A DNA stretch of 64,000 nucleotides from Candidatus Bathyarchaeota archaeon (GTDB taxonomy: Archaea > Thermoproteota > Bathyarchaeia > Bathyarchaeales > Bathycorpusculaceae). Position numbers and translations under genes: made by a program. The notes beneath the pieces are model-generated. The model ran no database searches. It was not told the origin of the DNA and worked only from the letters and a program-made list of their open reading frames with translations. Positions 18,443 to 28,455 of the stretch are shown here, one piece after another. The stretch lies in contig CAWHDT010000003.1 of assembly GCA_963828195.1 (NCBI GenBank), positions 160,001-224,000 of the forward strand, in the 5' to 3' direction. Each line of letters opens with the position of its first letter. Position 1 is the stretch's first letter.

Positions 18443-19813
18443 TCACGTCATAAACCTCTTCACGGTTTCATAAAGTATGCTTGTTCCATAAACAAGGTTC
18501 TCGACAGTTATTCTCTCGTCAATGCCGTGCATCCGCTTCTCTAACTGATCGTTAGGTTCATCCGGAATCATCGGCTGGAATCCGTAGCATACGCTGCCAG
18601 TTTCCCTAAAGAACCGCGAATCCGTACCCCCAGTTGTTAATGTTGGAGTTACTCCGCAGCCTGGCTCAAACTCACCGAGAACTTTGGCGATGGTGCTGTA
18701 AAGTGGTGTGTCAGTCGTTGATTCTGATCCGCCGTGCGCTTGAATAAATTCAAATGTCAGCTTGTCCAAGCCCACATCTTTAAGCAAACTTTTGATTAAA
18801 CTAATCGTTTCGTTGACATCTTGTCCAGGCAGGATTCTGCAGTCAAAAACAGCCTCGCAGTCTGAAGGAATAATATTTTCTTTAACTCCTCCGCGAATCA
18901 TAGTTGGGGCGATGGTCATTTTGGTCCGAGGTCTAATTTCCTCAGCTAAAGCCCTATCTTTTTTTGCCAACTCATCTAGTATCAGTTCACTCTGCGTTGG
19001 ATTAGCTAGTAAATGAGTAAAAGTTCCGTCAAGGTCAGGGTCCTGTTTTGCCATTTGAGCAAGGAACTGCTTTAATGTGGGTACATAGATGGTCGGCGGC
19101 TTGTAGTCCGCAAGTTTATCGATAACTTTGTTCATGCGCAAAACCGCGTTGTCCGCCATATTAGGGGTGGAGCCGTGTCCAGGTGTCCCTTTAGCTTTTA
19201 TTTTAAGCCACAGAATCCCCTTTTCAGCCGTTTGAACGGGAAAAACATAGCCGTTTTTCGAGGGGAAAGCCAATCCGCCCCCTTCGTTAATAACATATGG
19301 GCACCAAACTTTTTCTTTATGGTGGCTCAGAAGGTAACCTGCCCCCTGTTCCCCACCTTGTTCCTCATCTGCGGTGGCTGCCAAAACTATGTCGCCTTTG
19401 AGGTTGATGTTGTTTTTCTTTAAGAGCTTGAGAACCATGATTTCGATGGCGGTCATGCATTTCATGTCGTAAGCTCCTCTGCCGTAAACGTAGCCATCTT
19501 TGACCACTCCTGCAAACGGGTCAACGGACCACTCATCGGGGTTGGCTGCAACCACGTCAAGATGCGACAGTAAAAGAAGGTTGGGTTTTTCGCCTGTTCC
19601 CGTAAGTCGCGTGATTACGCTGCCTCTTCCAGGCGCTGACTCGATAATTTCTGTTTTAAACCCATCTTTAGCCAGATACTCCGCTATGTAAGTGGCTGCT
19701 TTTATTTCGTTTCCAGGCGGATTGGTCGTATCAATCCGTATTAACTCTCCAAGTAATTGCGTGACTTCTTGTTTTGTATCATTTAAAATTTGAGGCGGCA
19801 TTATTTTTTCCAA
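18443..19813 (-). CDS. M20/M25/M40-family metallopeptidase/amidohydrolase
   Basis: SHLDVV, GRGAYDMK, DEE, NEGG, GHGS, GGTD and HGIDERI motifs. Confidence 0.95.
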   Translation of the reverse strand: MEKIMPPQILNDTKQEVTQLLGELIRIDTTNPPGNEIKAATYIAEYLAKDGFKTEIIESAPGRGSVITRLTGTGEKPNLLLLSHLDVVAANPDEWSVDPFAGVVKDGYVYGRGAYDMKCMTAIEIMVLKLLKKNNINLKGDIVLAATADEEQGGEQGAGYLLSHHKEKVWCPYVINEGGGLAFPSKNGYVFPVQTAEKGILWLKIKAKGTPGHGSTPNMADNAVLRMNKVIDKLADYKPPTIYVPTLKQFLAQMAKQDPDLDGTFTHLLANPTQSELILDELAKKDRALAEEIRPRTKMTIAPTMIRGGVKENIIPSDCEAVFDCRILPGQDVNETISLIKSLLKDVGLDKLTFEFIQAHGGSESTTDTPLYSTIAKVLGEFEPGCGVTPTLTTGGTDSRFFRETGSVCYGFQPMIPDEPNDQLEKRMHGIDERITVENLVYGTSILYETVKRFMT

Positions 19814-19945
19814 GCTCCTTAAGTTGTTTACGTGTTTTTTCTCTTAAAAGTATCTATGGTCCTATTACTGTTGCCGTGTTAGACGGGAACAATTTTTTGC
19901 TTATTGGACAATGATGTTTATATATGATGCCAAAAAACCTATTGA

Positions 19946-20470
19946 ATGATAAAGTTGGTTGCAATGAAAGAACTGAAACCGATAGATTACAAAATACTGT
20001 TTGAATTAATGAAGGATTCTCACAGAAGCGATAGGCAACTGGCAAAATCTTTAGGTGTTTCCCAGCCTACTGTGACCCGAAGAAGAGCGATGCTTGAGGA
20101 AAACTTCATAGAAGGATACACTGTCATACCAAAGTTTGGTCAAATCGGGTTTGAAATAGCCGCTTTAACTTTTTTGAAAAGCAAACTTAAACTTAAAACA
20201 GGCGAAGAAAAAAATCAAGCTTTAAAGAAAATGAGAGATTGGTACATGAAACAACCCAACGTGATTCTCGTTATGGAGGGAAGAGGCATGGGTTGGGATG
20301 CCGTCTGCATTTCGCTTCACGAAAACTTTTCGAATTTCGCTGATTTCATAAGAGCGCATGATTCAGAACTGTCAGAATGGGTGATTGAAAGCCAAACTTT
20401 CCACGCTGATCTGAAAGCTGGAATCATAATTAAGCCATTGCACCTGAAATACTTGACTGCACCAAAATAA
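19946..20470 (+). CDS. Lrp/AsnC-family transcriptional regulator
   Basis: DYKILFELMKDSHRSDRQLAKSLGVSQPTVTRR HTH, followed by IEGYT.IP.F..IG. Confidence 0.9.
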   Translation: MIKLVAMKELKPIDYKILFELMKDSHRSDRQLAKSLGVSQPTVTRRRAMLEENFIEGYTVIPKFGQIGFEIAALTFLKSKLKLKTGEEKNQALKKMRDWYMKQPNVILVMEGRGMGWDAVCISLHENFSNFADFIRAHDSELSEWVIESQTFHADLKAGIIIKPLHLKYLTAPK

Positions 20471-20700
20471 GCCCAATTCCCAATGATTTAAAACAGCCAG
20501 ATTTCTCTTTTTATTCAATCATTTTTAAACATGTTTAATGGTCAGCAACGGGCTTTTGCGGGGTAATTTAATCTCTAAAAGAGAAAGACTTTGAATTCTG
20601 CCCCTTTTCGCAAAAACGCCTTATGTGCCGACGTTGAATTTTTGGTTATTCGGCGATAAACGCTTGAGTTTTTGCTGAACTGAAAAGTGAATAATCGGTT

Positions 20701-20836
20701 GTGATTGGAGGGCAGCTTCGTGTGTTGGCTACCCATGGCCATCCGTCATCGAGGAGAAAGGAGAAGGCTTCGAAAACGGAAAAATTCTTTTGGCTTGAGT
20801 GGTTTAGCCTTCAACCGTTACTTACCCTCCAATCAC
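20701..20836 (-). ncRNA. candidate structured small RNA
   Basis: Perfect 12-bp terminal stem (GTGATTGGAGGG/CCCTCCAATCAC) extended by G-U pairs on the minus strand, three internal hairpins, TATA CTTTTAAG at 20862-20869. Confidence 0.55.
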
Positions 20837-20915
20837 TAAACAATCATGATACTGCAAAACACTTAAAAGACTTATGAATCAGAAATAAAGATTAATAATA
20901 AACAGGAAAAAAAAA

Positions 20916-21482
20916 TTATATTATGGCTAAGACGCCTTCCAAAATCTTCGCTTCTGGAACATCCAATTGCTTGGATAAAGATGCTTTCAGAATCGACGAG
21001 AACTTTGGAAAAGCGCCGTTGTACGTGATGATTTGGTCGCCTTTGAGGGCATCAGCTTGAAAAACCTTTTCATCTTCTTTGTAGGAGAAAGATACTGTTT
21101 GGGCGTGGAACGATAGAGCTTGAAAATCTTCCCATTGCTTGCACCGCAAAATTACAGAAGGCTTGCCTTGAGCCACCGAAACAGGTGCAGTTTGACTTAA
21201 AGATTGGCTTGTTTGCTCTTTGACGGCTGCTGGAGGTTCTTCTTTAGGTGCGCTGCTTGACATGTGAGTGATTAAGTTTGTTACTTCTTTCTGCATATTG
21301 TTTATTTTTTCTTCAATTTTTTCCACTTTACCAGTTATTTCGCCTGCATCTCCAAGTTGCTCGGTAACCGTTGCCAGTTCATTAATTAATTTGTCTAAAT
21401 CGCTCTCATGTTCTTTGAGAACGTTTACTATGAAGTCTAAGGCCTCTAAGGCATCATCCTTTGATTGCGGATTCTTCGTCAA
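20916..21482 (-). CDS. hypothetical protein with N-terminal coiled coil
   Basis: 188-aa ORF with heptad pattern; GGGGATG upstream of the TTG start. Confidence 0.8.
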   Translation of the reverse strand: MTKNPQSKDDALEALDFIVNVLKEHESDLDKLINELATVTEQLGDAGEITGKVEKIEEKINNMQKEVTNLITHMSSSAPKEEPPAAVKEQTSQSLSQTAPVSVAQGKPSVILRCKQWEDFQALSFHAQTVSFSYKEDEKVFQADALKGDQIITYNGAFPKFSSILKASLSKQLDVPEAKILEGVLAII

Positions 21483-21792
21483 CTAACACATCCCCCATTG
21501 TCTGCCACTCATTATGACGAAACTGTAAATAAAGATAGCGAATCCTCAAGTAATATCACAATAGATGCACACCTATAACTATTAAGAATCATATGTCCTA
21601 ATATATGAAGCTTTACGATACAATACTGGTTTCATGCCTGAATCGCCACCACAAATAAAGCGCCCCAGAAACGCCATGGCTAATCAATGACATTTCCATA
21701 CGCAACAAACTAGCTACATTACCTTCATAGTTTTCTCAATTTTTCGGCAGTATTTTTGCTTGTTTTGTATTTTTTGGCTGTTTTTGCTTCTT

Positions 21793-24318
21793 TTACTCTT
21801 TTATGTCCCCTAAAACGCTGAGTGCTACAACTATAATTATGAAAATGAAGTATACTGCGCCAGTTATCAAAAGTGAATTGTGGAAAATCGGTTCTGCCGT
21901 GAGAACTTTAGTTGAAGGCAGCGGAATATCATAATCTAAAGTGAAAGCTACATAGAAGCTCAGTCCTAACACCTGAGTCAGGTAGAGAAGCAAGTTTACC
22001 AGTTTACTGTTCAGCATATAGCGTTTCTTAGAGATTCTACCCGCGTCTTTAGTTTTGGCGGATGCAGCGAAGAGTAGGCATAGGCCGACGAAGGGTGTTG
22101 TCACTGCCCACAGGTCTAGGTAGCCGTGGCCTAGGAACCAAGCGTACCATGTGCCCCATCCTCCGACAGCACCAAAAATAAGGTATAATAGGAAAATCAA
22201 AAGCAGGTACATGCCTAATGCTGTGACGATTATGCCTAATGTTTTCAGATTAATTGTTTTCGATGAGAGGTCCATTTTCTGGCCTGATTTTCTCGCGAAG
22301 AAAGCAATATAGATGAAAAGCAGGAATAACCCAACCGTTGTCAAGATGAAACTAAGCAGGTTTATTGGCCACTGTGTGATGTAGCCTGTTCCTTTTGTGA
22401 TTACTGCGCCTATCCAGTTGCCCGCGTTGCTTAGCCAAAAAACAAACAGGTATGCGGCGCCTGCGATCAGCCCCCATTTTATTTGTTTTGCAACGGGTTT
22501 GTTCGGGTTTAATTCATAAAATAATTTGGCCAGCACAACCGGAATTAATGTTCCTTCAGCCAACCCCGGCAAAGTAAGTTGGAATACTTTTGCCAGCGCA
22601 AAGTGGAATCCGCCTGGGATGCCTTCGACAAAAACTGAGGGCCAGAAGGAAAATATGAAATAGCCTATTTCGAAGATTAGAATCAGTCTGAGGGCCATGA
22701 AGGCTTCTGGTTTTGACAGGTCTCTTCTTGCAACATAGAAGAGGACGGCGATGACGACGATGATGCTTGCTCCGAGGCAGCAGCTGATTCCCAGCGAGGA
22801 AGGTATATCTTCAAACGCCAGTCGGCCCACTGTGTGGCGGTTGTAAACGGTTAGGAAGAAGTCGTAGAGGTTGTAGGAAATCCAAGAAAGCGCAACAAGC
22901 AGCAACCCAATTCTGAAAGTCGTATCCGTTGAACTGGCTTTAAGTGTAGGTTGAGTAAAATTTGTTGTAGCTGCGGCTGGTTCAGCGCCGGCGTTGTTTT
23001 CAGGAATGGACTCAGCGGCGGGGTCACTAATCGGATCGGGAAGTGGGTCAATAACAGTAACTGATTCAGTAATTGGAGTAATTGGATCGGCGATTGGAGT
23101 AACTGGAATATTTGGAGTAAGTGGTCCAATGCTCACCTCGTTTTTTAGGGATCGCGGGGTTGGGGGTAAAGGATTTTCGTTGGGTTTTAATTGCTTTTTT
23201 AGTTGTTCCTTGAAAATTGATCTGCAGCGTTCTATGGCGCGTTCTCTATTGCTGTCAACATCGATTTTATCTATGGAACTTTTTAGCTCATCTCTGTCCA
23301 CGTTGAAGTTAGTTTTGGCAGATAGATCCGTCAAGACACTTTCAAGCTGACTGACTTCTCTTTCGTTATCTTTGTCTCCAACAGCCTTCCCGAGTAAAAG
23401 GTCATTTAAAATAAAATATGCCGAAATCACATTCTTAGCATCATTAAAATTTGGGTGATTCACTTTAAATTCATCATTAACGCCCAAGCCATTAAAATAT
23501 TCGTATACTGATTTAATGAAGCTGCTAGCTTCGTTTGAAACTTCTTTAGGAATCTGTTTTTTTACCGCTTGAATGATTTTTGTGAAGTCCAAGTTCGAAG
23601 GCGGCGTATTTTGGACTGTGAAGGTGGTGTTTGCTCCAAAACGGTTTAAGAAGCCTTCCAGGTTTTCCCAGTTTATCCGTTTCGCCTCTAAACCCATCAG
23701 AATGTTAAATGATAGGTCAACAACACCAAGTGAAGCGTTAATTTCCTCCAACAATTCGTTTTTTCCCAAAGAGGCTTTATCGATAGCCTCATGAGATTTT
23801 TCAGCGGGTTTCCCAACAGATACCGGAACAGATTGCACAATTGGTTGCACGAATGGCTTCGCTTCTGGTTTTGCAATGGGCGGCTCAACAGATGCAGGAA
23901 CAGATTCCGTAACCGGTTTCTCAATAGACTTCTCAGCGGGAACCTCTGCAAATTCAGCGGGTTTCTCAACCGTTTGCTCGGTGGGAACCTCTGGGGGGTT
24001 CTGTTTGGTCTCAAGTAATGTGTTAACTTGCTCTATTAATGGGCTGAATAAGTCGGGATTTTGTTTGGTGAAGAAACTGTTAGTGGTGCCTTTCCAAGTT
24101 ATGCTTATCTCTTTCCCAAATTTCTCAATGTGCTCAATTTCAAGAACGGGAATTTCCCCAACAACAACCCAATTTTTTTTACCGAAGCCTTTGCTGGTAG
24201 CAAAAAACTTGGCTATATTATCGGAAACCTCAAGTTTGGCTACCTCGAGGGGTTTCTGCTTTTTTTTCGGCGTTTCCTTCTTGCCTTCGGAATCATTGGA
24301 TTGTGTTGCAAGTTTCAT
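21793..24318 (-). CDS. large membrane protein (soluble N-terminal domains, Pro-rich linkers, ~10 C-terminal TM helices)
   Basis: 841-aa ORF; hydropathy judged by eye. Confidence 0.8.
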   Translation of the reverse strand: MKLATQSNDSEGKKETPKKKQKPLEVAKLEVSDNIAKFFATSKGFGKKNWVVVGEIPVLEIEHIEKFGKEISITWKGTTNSFFTKQNPDLFSPLIEQVNTLLETKQNPPEVPTEQTVEKPAEFAEVPAEKSIEKPVTESVPASVEPPIAKPEAKPFVQPIVQSVPVSVGKPAEKSHEAIDKASLGKNELLEEINASLGVVDLSFNILMGLEAKRINWENLEGFLNRFGANTTFTVQNTPPSNLDFTKIIQAVKKQIPKEVSNEASSFIKSVYEYFNGLGVNDEFKVNHPNFNDAKNVISAYFILNDLLLGKAVGDKDNEREVSQLESVLTDLSAKTNFNVDRDELKSSIDKIDVDSNRERAIERCRSIFKEQLKKQLKPNENPLPPTPRSLKNEVSIGPLTPNIPVTPIADPITPITESVTVIDPLPDPISDPAAESIPENNAGAEPAAATTNFTQPTLKASSTDTTFRIGLLLVALSWISYNLYDFFLTVYNRHTVGRLAFEDIPSSLGISCCLGASIIVVIAVLFYVARRDLSKPEAFMALRLILIFEIGYFIFSFWPSVFVEGIPGGFHFALAKVFQLTLPGLAEGTLIPVVLAKLFYELNPNKPVAKQIKWGLIAGAAYLFVFWLSNAGNWIGAVITKGTGYITQWPINLLSFILTTVGLFLLFIYIAFFARKSGQKMDLSSKTINLKTLGIIVTALGMYLLLIFLLYLIFGAVGGWGTWYAWFLGHGYLDLWAVTTPFVGLCLLFAASAKTKDAGRISKKRYMLNSKLVNLLLYLTQVLGLSFYVAFTLDYDIPLPSTKVLTAEPIFHNSLLITGAVYFIFIIIVVALSVLGDIKE

Positions 24319-24596
24319 TTTGCATCTATCTTTAATTGCTTTTTCGATTTATAAATTGATGCATAAAAACGCTTAAAGTTAGCAGTATTGCAGGTTTTTA
24401 ACCCGGCGATTGGCGGTTTTCTTAGCGCCTGCCACCTTCTATTAGGTTCATATAGTGAATCGCGTCAGTTGGCTGTGGGCGAGCACTGGGAGAAGCATTT
24501 CTTAAAAAGAACAGAAACCAACGTTGTGGACACAAAAACGCCTTACCTAAGAGGATACCTGCTATTTGCGCCAAAAAACAACCACAAAAAGAAACA

Positions 24597-24705
24597 GGAA
24601 GAAGAAGAAAAATTGTTTTCACCAGCTTCTTCTTCTTTTGAAAATAAATATTGCCGAGAAGAACAACAGTTGTTTTCGGGGTGTTGTTCTTTCAAAATTT
24701 TATAA
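24597..24705 (-). repeat. dispersed modular hairpin repeat, copy 1 (modules A and B)
   Basis: Module A 24597-24639 is the reverse complement of 34443-34485 except for 3 loop nt. Module B 24657-24705 resembles the reverse complement of 33234-33285. Confidence 0.85.
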
Positions 24706-24740
24706 AAATTAAAAGAAAAGGGAAGTGGGTTGGAAAGCGT

Positions 24741-26375
24741 TTACTTCATTATTGCTTTGAGGTCTTCGTCGGGGGTTTTGATGGGCATTATGTTGAATTT
24801 GTTGACAAGTACTTTGAGTATGTTTGGGGTTATGAAGGCTGGTAGGCTTGGTCCAATGCGTATGTCTTTTATGCCCAGGTACAGCAGCGAGAGGAGGATG
24901 GCGACTGCTTTCTGTTCGTACCATGACAGCACCATCGAGAGGGGCAAATCGTTTATTTGCACTCCGAAGGCGTCGGCTAAGACTTGAGCGATTTTGACGG
25001 CGGAGTAGGCGTCGTTGCATTGTCCGATATCGAGTAAACGTGGGATTTCGTCGATTGTGCCAAGTTCTTTGTCGAAGAAGCGGAATTTGCCGCATGCCAA
25101 CGTCAATATGACCGTGTTTTTGGGTGCTTTCTCAACGAATTCTGTGTAGTAGCTTCTGCCCGGCTTTGCACCGTCGCATCCTCCCACTAAGATGAAGCGC
25201 TTAATATGCCCGCTTTTGACTGAAGCAATGACTTTGTCAGCTACGCCCAGCACGGCGTTTCTGCCGAACCCAACTAGAACACTTTTGCCCTCAGCGTCTT
25301 CTTGGAAACCCGGCATCGCCAAGGCTTTCTGGATTACTGGCGAGAAGTCATTGCCGTTTATGTGCGGTACACCTGGGTAACCGACGGGTCCTGACGTGAA
25401 GATGTTGCCTTTGTAGCTTTCGACTGGTCTTTGGATGCAGTTGGTTGTCATCAAAATAGCGCCTGGGAAAGCAGCGAATTCTTTTTGCTGATTCTGCCAA
25501 GCGGTTCCGTAGTGACCGTAGAAATGCGGGTACTTGTTGAGTTTGGGGTAGCCGTGGGTAGGAAGCATTTCGCCGTGGGTATAGACGTAGATACCTTTGC
25601 TTTGGCTTTGCTTCAATATGTGTTCTAAATCGATGAGGTCGTGGCCAGAGACGAGGATGGCTTTGCCTGCTTTGTGACCCAGTGGAACTTTGGTTGGAGT
25701 GGGATGGCCATAGGTTTCCGTGTTGCCTGCGTCGAGGAGCTCCATAGCGCGTATGTTGATTTCGCCGCATTTGAAAACTAAACCGACAAAATCGTTGACG
25801 CCAAGAGACTTGTCAAAAGGAGCTGCGAGTCCTTCGTAAACGAAGTCGAAAACTTTGCTGTCTTTTTTCCCGAGCAGATAAGCGTGGTAAGCGTATGCTG
25901 CTACTCCTTTTAAGCCGTAAGTTAGGAGCCACTGAAGTGAATGCAGGTCAGAGTCAACTGCGGGTTCAGAGTTTACTCCATAGCATTTGCCCTGTGCAAC
26001 TAAGCCTTCTGTTGTGTTTTCCAGCTGCAGACTGAACGTGGAGTTAACTTTAGATTTTACCGCGTATAGTCGGCTGCGTATTTGCTCTTGGAACTGCCCT
26101 GTCTTTCTTATGTAGCCAGCTAGTGATTCGGGGTCAAAATTCACGTTTGTCAAAGTGGAAAACAATGCTTCGCAGGCGAAGACATCGATGTTTTCGTCTT
26201 TTACACCCGCTTTAGCTGCCTCGATCGACAGTTGGCTGAGCCCTCTTAGCATGTAGACAAGCAAGTCTTGAAGCGCCGCGACATCGGCGGATTTTCCGCA
26301 GACACCAGCAACGGTGCAGCCTTGCCCTTTGGCTGTTTGTTCACATTGGTAACAGAACATTTGGTTTTGACTCAA
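24741..26375 (-). CDS. hcp: hybrid cluster protein (hydroxylamine reductase)
   Basis: MFCYQCEQT...GCT..GVCGK, ILVSGHDL, YTHGEMLP, GCDG, LLDIGQCNDAYSA, SWYEQKAV. Confidence 0.98.
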   Translation of the reverse strand: MSQNQMFCYQCEQTAKGQGCTVAGVCGKSADVAALQDLLVYMLRGLSQLSIEAAKAGVKDENIDVFACEALFSTLTNVNFDPESLAGYIRKTGQFQEQIRSRLYAVKSKVNSTFSLQLENTTEGLVAQGKCYGVNSEPAVDSDLHSLQWLLTYGLKGVAAYAYHAYLLGKKDSKVFDFVYEGLAAPFDKSLGVNDFVGLVFKCGEINIRAMELLDAGNTETYGHPTPTKVPLGHKAGKAILVSGHDLIDLEHILKQSQSKGIYVYTHGEMLPTHGYPKLNKYPHFYGHYGTAWQNQQKEFAAFPGAILMTTNCIQRPVESYKGNIFTSGPVGYPGVPHINGNDFSPVIQKALAMPGFQEDAEGKSVLVGFGRNAVLGVADKVIASVKSGHIKRFILVGGCDGAKPGRSYYTEFVEKAPKNTVILTLACGKFRFFDKELGTIDEIPRLLDIGQCNDAYSAVKIAQVLADAFGVQINDLPLSMVLSWYEQKAVAILLSLLYLGIKDIRIGPSLPAFITPNILKVLVNKFNIMPIKTPDEDLKAIMK

Positions 26376-26416
26376 ACTTTACACCTACCTATGCATAACG
26401 CGGCTTACCAGATAGC

Positions 26417-26444
26417 CGTTATCCCTGATGTATTAGGGATTACG
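26417..26444. promoter_or_regulatory. palindromic operator/hairpin upstream of hcp
   Basis: CGTT-ATCCCT-GATGTATT-AGGGAT-TACG inverted repeat between a TATA-like sequence (~26460) and the hcp start. Confidence 0.5.
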
Positions 26445-26528
26445 CTTCAACCTCCTCTACTAAAGATTGGCTCTGTCCGGAAGCAGGTGTAAAAAAGCTT
26501 TTATTGCAAATCATTTCTAAGAGTAATC

Positions 26529-27101
26529 ATGCGCTATAATGCTACAACCATAGCAATCTTAATTATTACAGTATTATTCGTTAGCGCAATCGCCGAAACG
26601 ATAGTTTATTTCAATAATGTTCTAAAAGAAAAAGATTCGAAGATTGCATCGTTGACTACCCAAATACCAAACCTAGTCAGCCAAATTTCAATTCTCAACA
26701 GCCAAATGGCAAATCTGACATCGCCAAATCTTGTAGCCACATTGAAAACCCAGGAGGTACCGAAGTTCTCTCAAGAATACCCAGGCGGACCAAATTACAC
26801 CATCCCCTATAATTTCGTTCAGATAACAGGTACAGTAACTAATTCGGGGGCAGGAACGGCATTCAACGCGGGTCTACACGTGGTTGGCTACGAGTTAAAT
26901 GGGCTATTGGTGGCTAACGTAACTGTTCCTTTGAGTTCAGGGTACTTCGGCTCTGACAATGCAACAGCCGCCTATAGCACAGGTGCCTCGCAATTCGGAA
27001 ATTTGGGCATTGGGCAAATAGCAAATATCAACGAAAGTATAATCCACGAAGGAGCCGTTTACAATTGGACTGCCACGCCAGTTTGGTCAAATTCGCCATA
27101 A
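26529..27101 (+). CDS. membrane-anchored coiled-coil + Ig-like protein (paralog 1)
   Basis: TM helix, coiled coil, PYNFVQITGTVTN.G.GTAFN.GLHV.GY, WTATPVWSN. Confidence 0.8.
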   Translation: MRYNATTIAILIITVLFVSAIAETIVYFNNVLKEKDSKIASLTTQIPNLVSQISILNSQMANLTSPNLVATLKTQEVPKFSQEYPGGPNYTIPYNFVQITGTVTNSGAGTAFNAGLHVVGYELNGLLVANVTVPLSSGYFGSDNATAAYSTGASQFGNLGIGQIANINESIIHEGAVYNWTATPVWSNSP

Positions 27102-27125
27102 TCAAAAATCCTTGGAAGAAACAAC

Positions 27126-27728
27126 ATGCAAAACAAAACAAAATACAAAATAATTTCTGCGGCTTTGGCAATCATACTCCTCGCCAGCATAACTGTCGGA
27201 ACGGTAAGCTATTACCTGAATTCTTTAAATGAAAAGAACTCAAAGATATCGTCGTTAAGCGATGAAATAGCCAATTTAACAGCTCAAATTTCAACCCTTA
27301 AAAGTCAGGTCGCAAGCCTGAAGGCAAATGCAACTTCTCCGCATCTTGTTAGCACATTAACCACGAAAGAAATTTCTTGGATTACTATATGGCAAATGTT
27401 TGGTGGTGGTCCTCCATACAATTTCGTTGAGGTTACCGGGTCAGTAACAAATATTGGCGGGGGGACTGCATTTAACACTGGACTGCACGTTATTGGTTAC
27501 GACGGAACTGGTGTTTTAGCGGTAAATGTCACGGTTCCTTTGAATGATGAAAATTATCCTTATGCTGCAAGTTTTGGATCGGACAAGGCAACTGACCCGT
27601 ACGGGACAAGTTCATGGCAACTGGGAAGTTTAGGCACAGGCAAAACCGCAACAATTTATCTGGATATTTTTCATGAAGGAACGATTAGCAACTGGACTGC
27701 AACTCCCGTGTGGACAAATTCTGCCTAG
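27126..27728 (+). CDS. membrane-anchored coiled-coil + Ig-like protein (paralog 2)
   Basis: Same motifs as 26529-27101; tandem duplicate. Confidence 0.8.
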   Translation: MQNKTKYKIISAALAIILLASITVGTVSYYLNSLNEKNSKISSLSDEIANLTAQISTLKSQVASLKANATSPHLVSTLTTKEISWITIWQMFGGGPPYNFVEVTGSVTNIGGGTAFNTGLHVIGYDGTGVLAVNVTVPLNDENYPYAASFGSDKATDPYGTSSWQLGSLGTGKTATIYLDIFHEGTISNWTATPVWTNSA

Positions 27729-27746
27729 CCGTGGGTTCAAGGCCTC

Positions 27747-28373
27747 TTATATTTCCCGTTTAAAATAGTGCTCAAGCAAACGTCTTGTTCCCCTGCGCAT
27801 AATCTCAGAAAGCGTTGCTGCGCTAATGCCTAGTTTGGCTGCGAGCTCTGCCATCCCTATTTGCCGTGGATAATCAAAAAACCCGCTTTTGAGGGCAAGC
27901 CAAAAAATCCGCTCTTGATTCTCTGTTAACACGCCTATTTGCTGCTCAAATTTGCCGATTTTTCTGATATTAACTTTGTAGCCTGCTTTTTCCAAGTCGC
28001 CTATTATGCCCTTGTAAGCTTCGGGGGTCGGCACCATGAAACTGTAAGAGATTATGCTGTCCTCCATGCTTTTGCCTGACACCAAAAAAGCCTCATGAGC
28101 CAAAATCGTGTTGCAGACCTCGCAGCCCTCGCTTTCCAGCCAAACCGCCGATTTTCCTTCCACATGCCCCTTGGAAGAGAGTTCTTTGGGAACACTGTGA
28201 GTCTGGTCTTCGCCTACATCCATCAGGTGCCTAACGCATCCCCTGCTTGAACTGCGCACGTCCACAACTTTAAGGTGCTTAAACCCGAGGGAACTAAGCT
28301 TCTTAACCATTCTGCACTGCTTGTTCTCGATTTCAATCACGACATGGTAAGGTTCACGCCACGCATCAACCAA
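27747..28373 (-). CDS. Bat-type (HTH_10) transcriptional regulator
   Basis: LTENQERIFWLALKSGFFDYPRQIGMAELAAKLGISAATLSEIMRRG. Confidence 0.92.
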   Translation of the reverse strand: MVDAWREPYHVVIEIENKQCRMVKKLSSLGFKHLKVVDVRSSSRGCVRHLMDVGEDQTHSVPKELSSKGHVEGKSAVWLESEGCEVCNTILAHEAFLVSGKSMEDSIISYSFMVPTPEAYKGIIGDLEKAGYKVNIRKIGKFEQQIGVLTENQERIFWLALKSGFFDYPRQIGMAELAAKLGISAATLSEIMRRGTRRLLEHYFKREI

Positions 28374-28455
28374 ACTAATCAGCCTTACAATCTAACTTCA
28401 AGAACAGGCTGTTAAACATGTTTGCCCAAAAAAATGACCCTAAAAGCTGCGAAAT

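Noticed and set aside
20701-20836. Hammerhead ribozyme or 5S rRNA interpretation
   Set aside because: No exact CUGANGA/GAAA core and no 5S conserved loops.
24388-24845. ORFs 24388-24705, 24422-24622 and 24651-24845
   Set aside because: They span the hairpin repeat or lie antisense to hcp; low-complexity translations.
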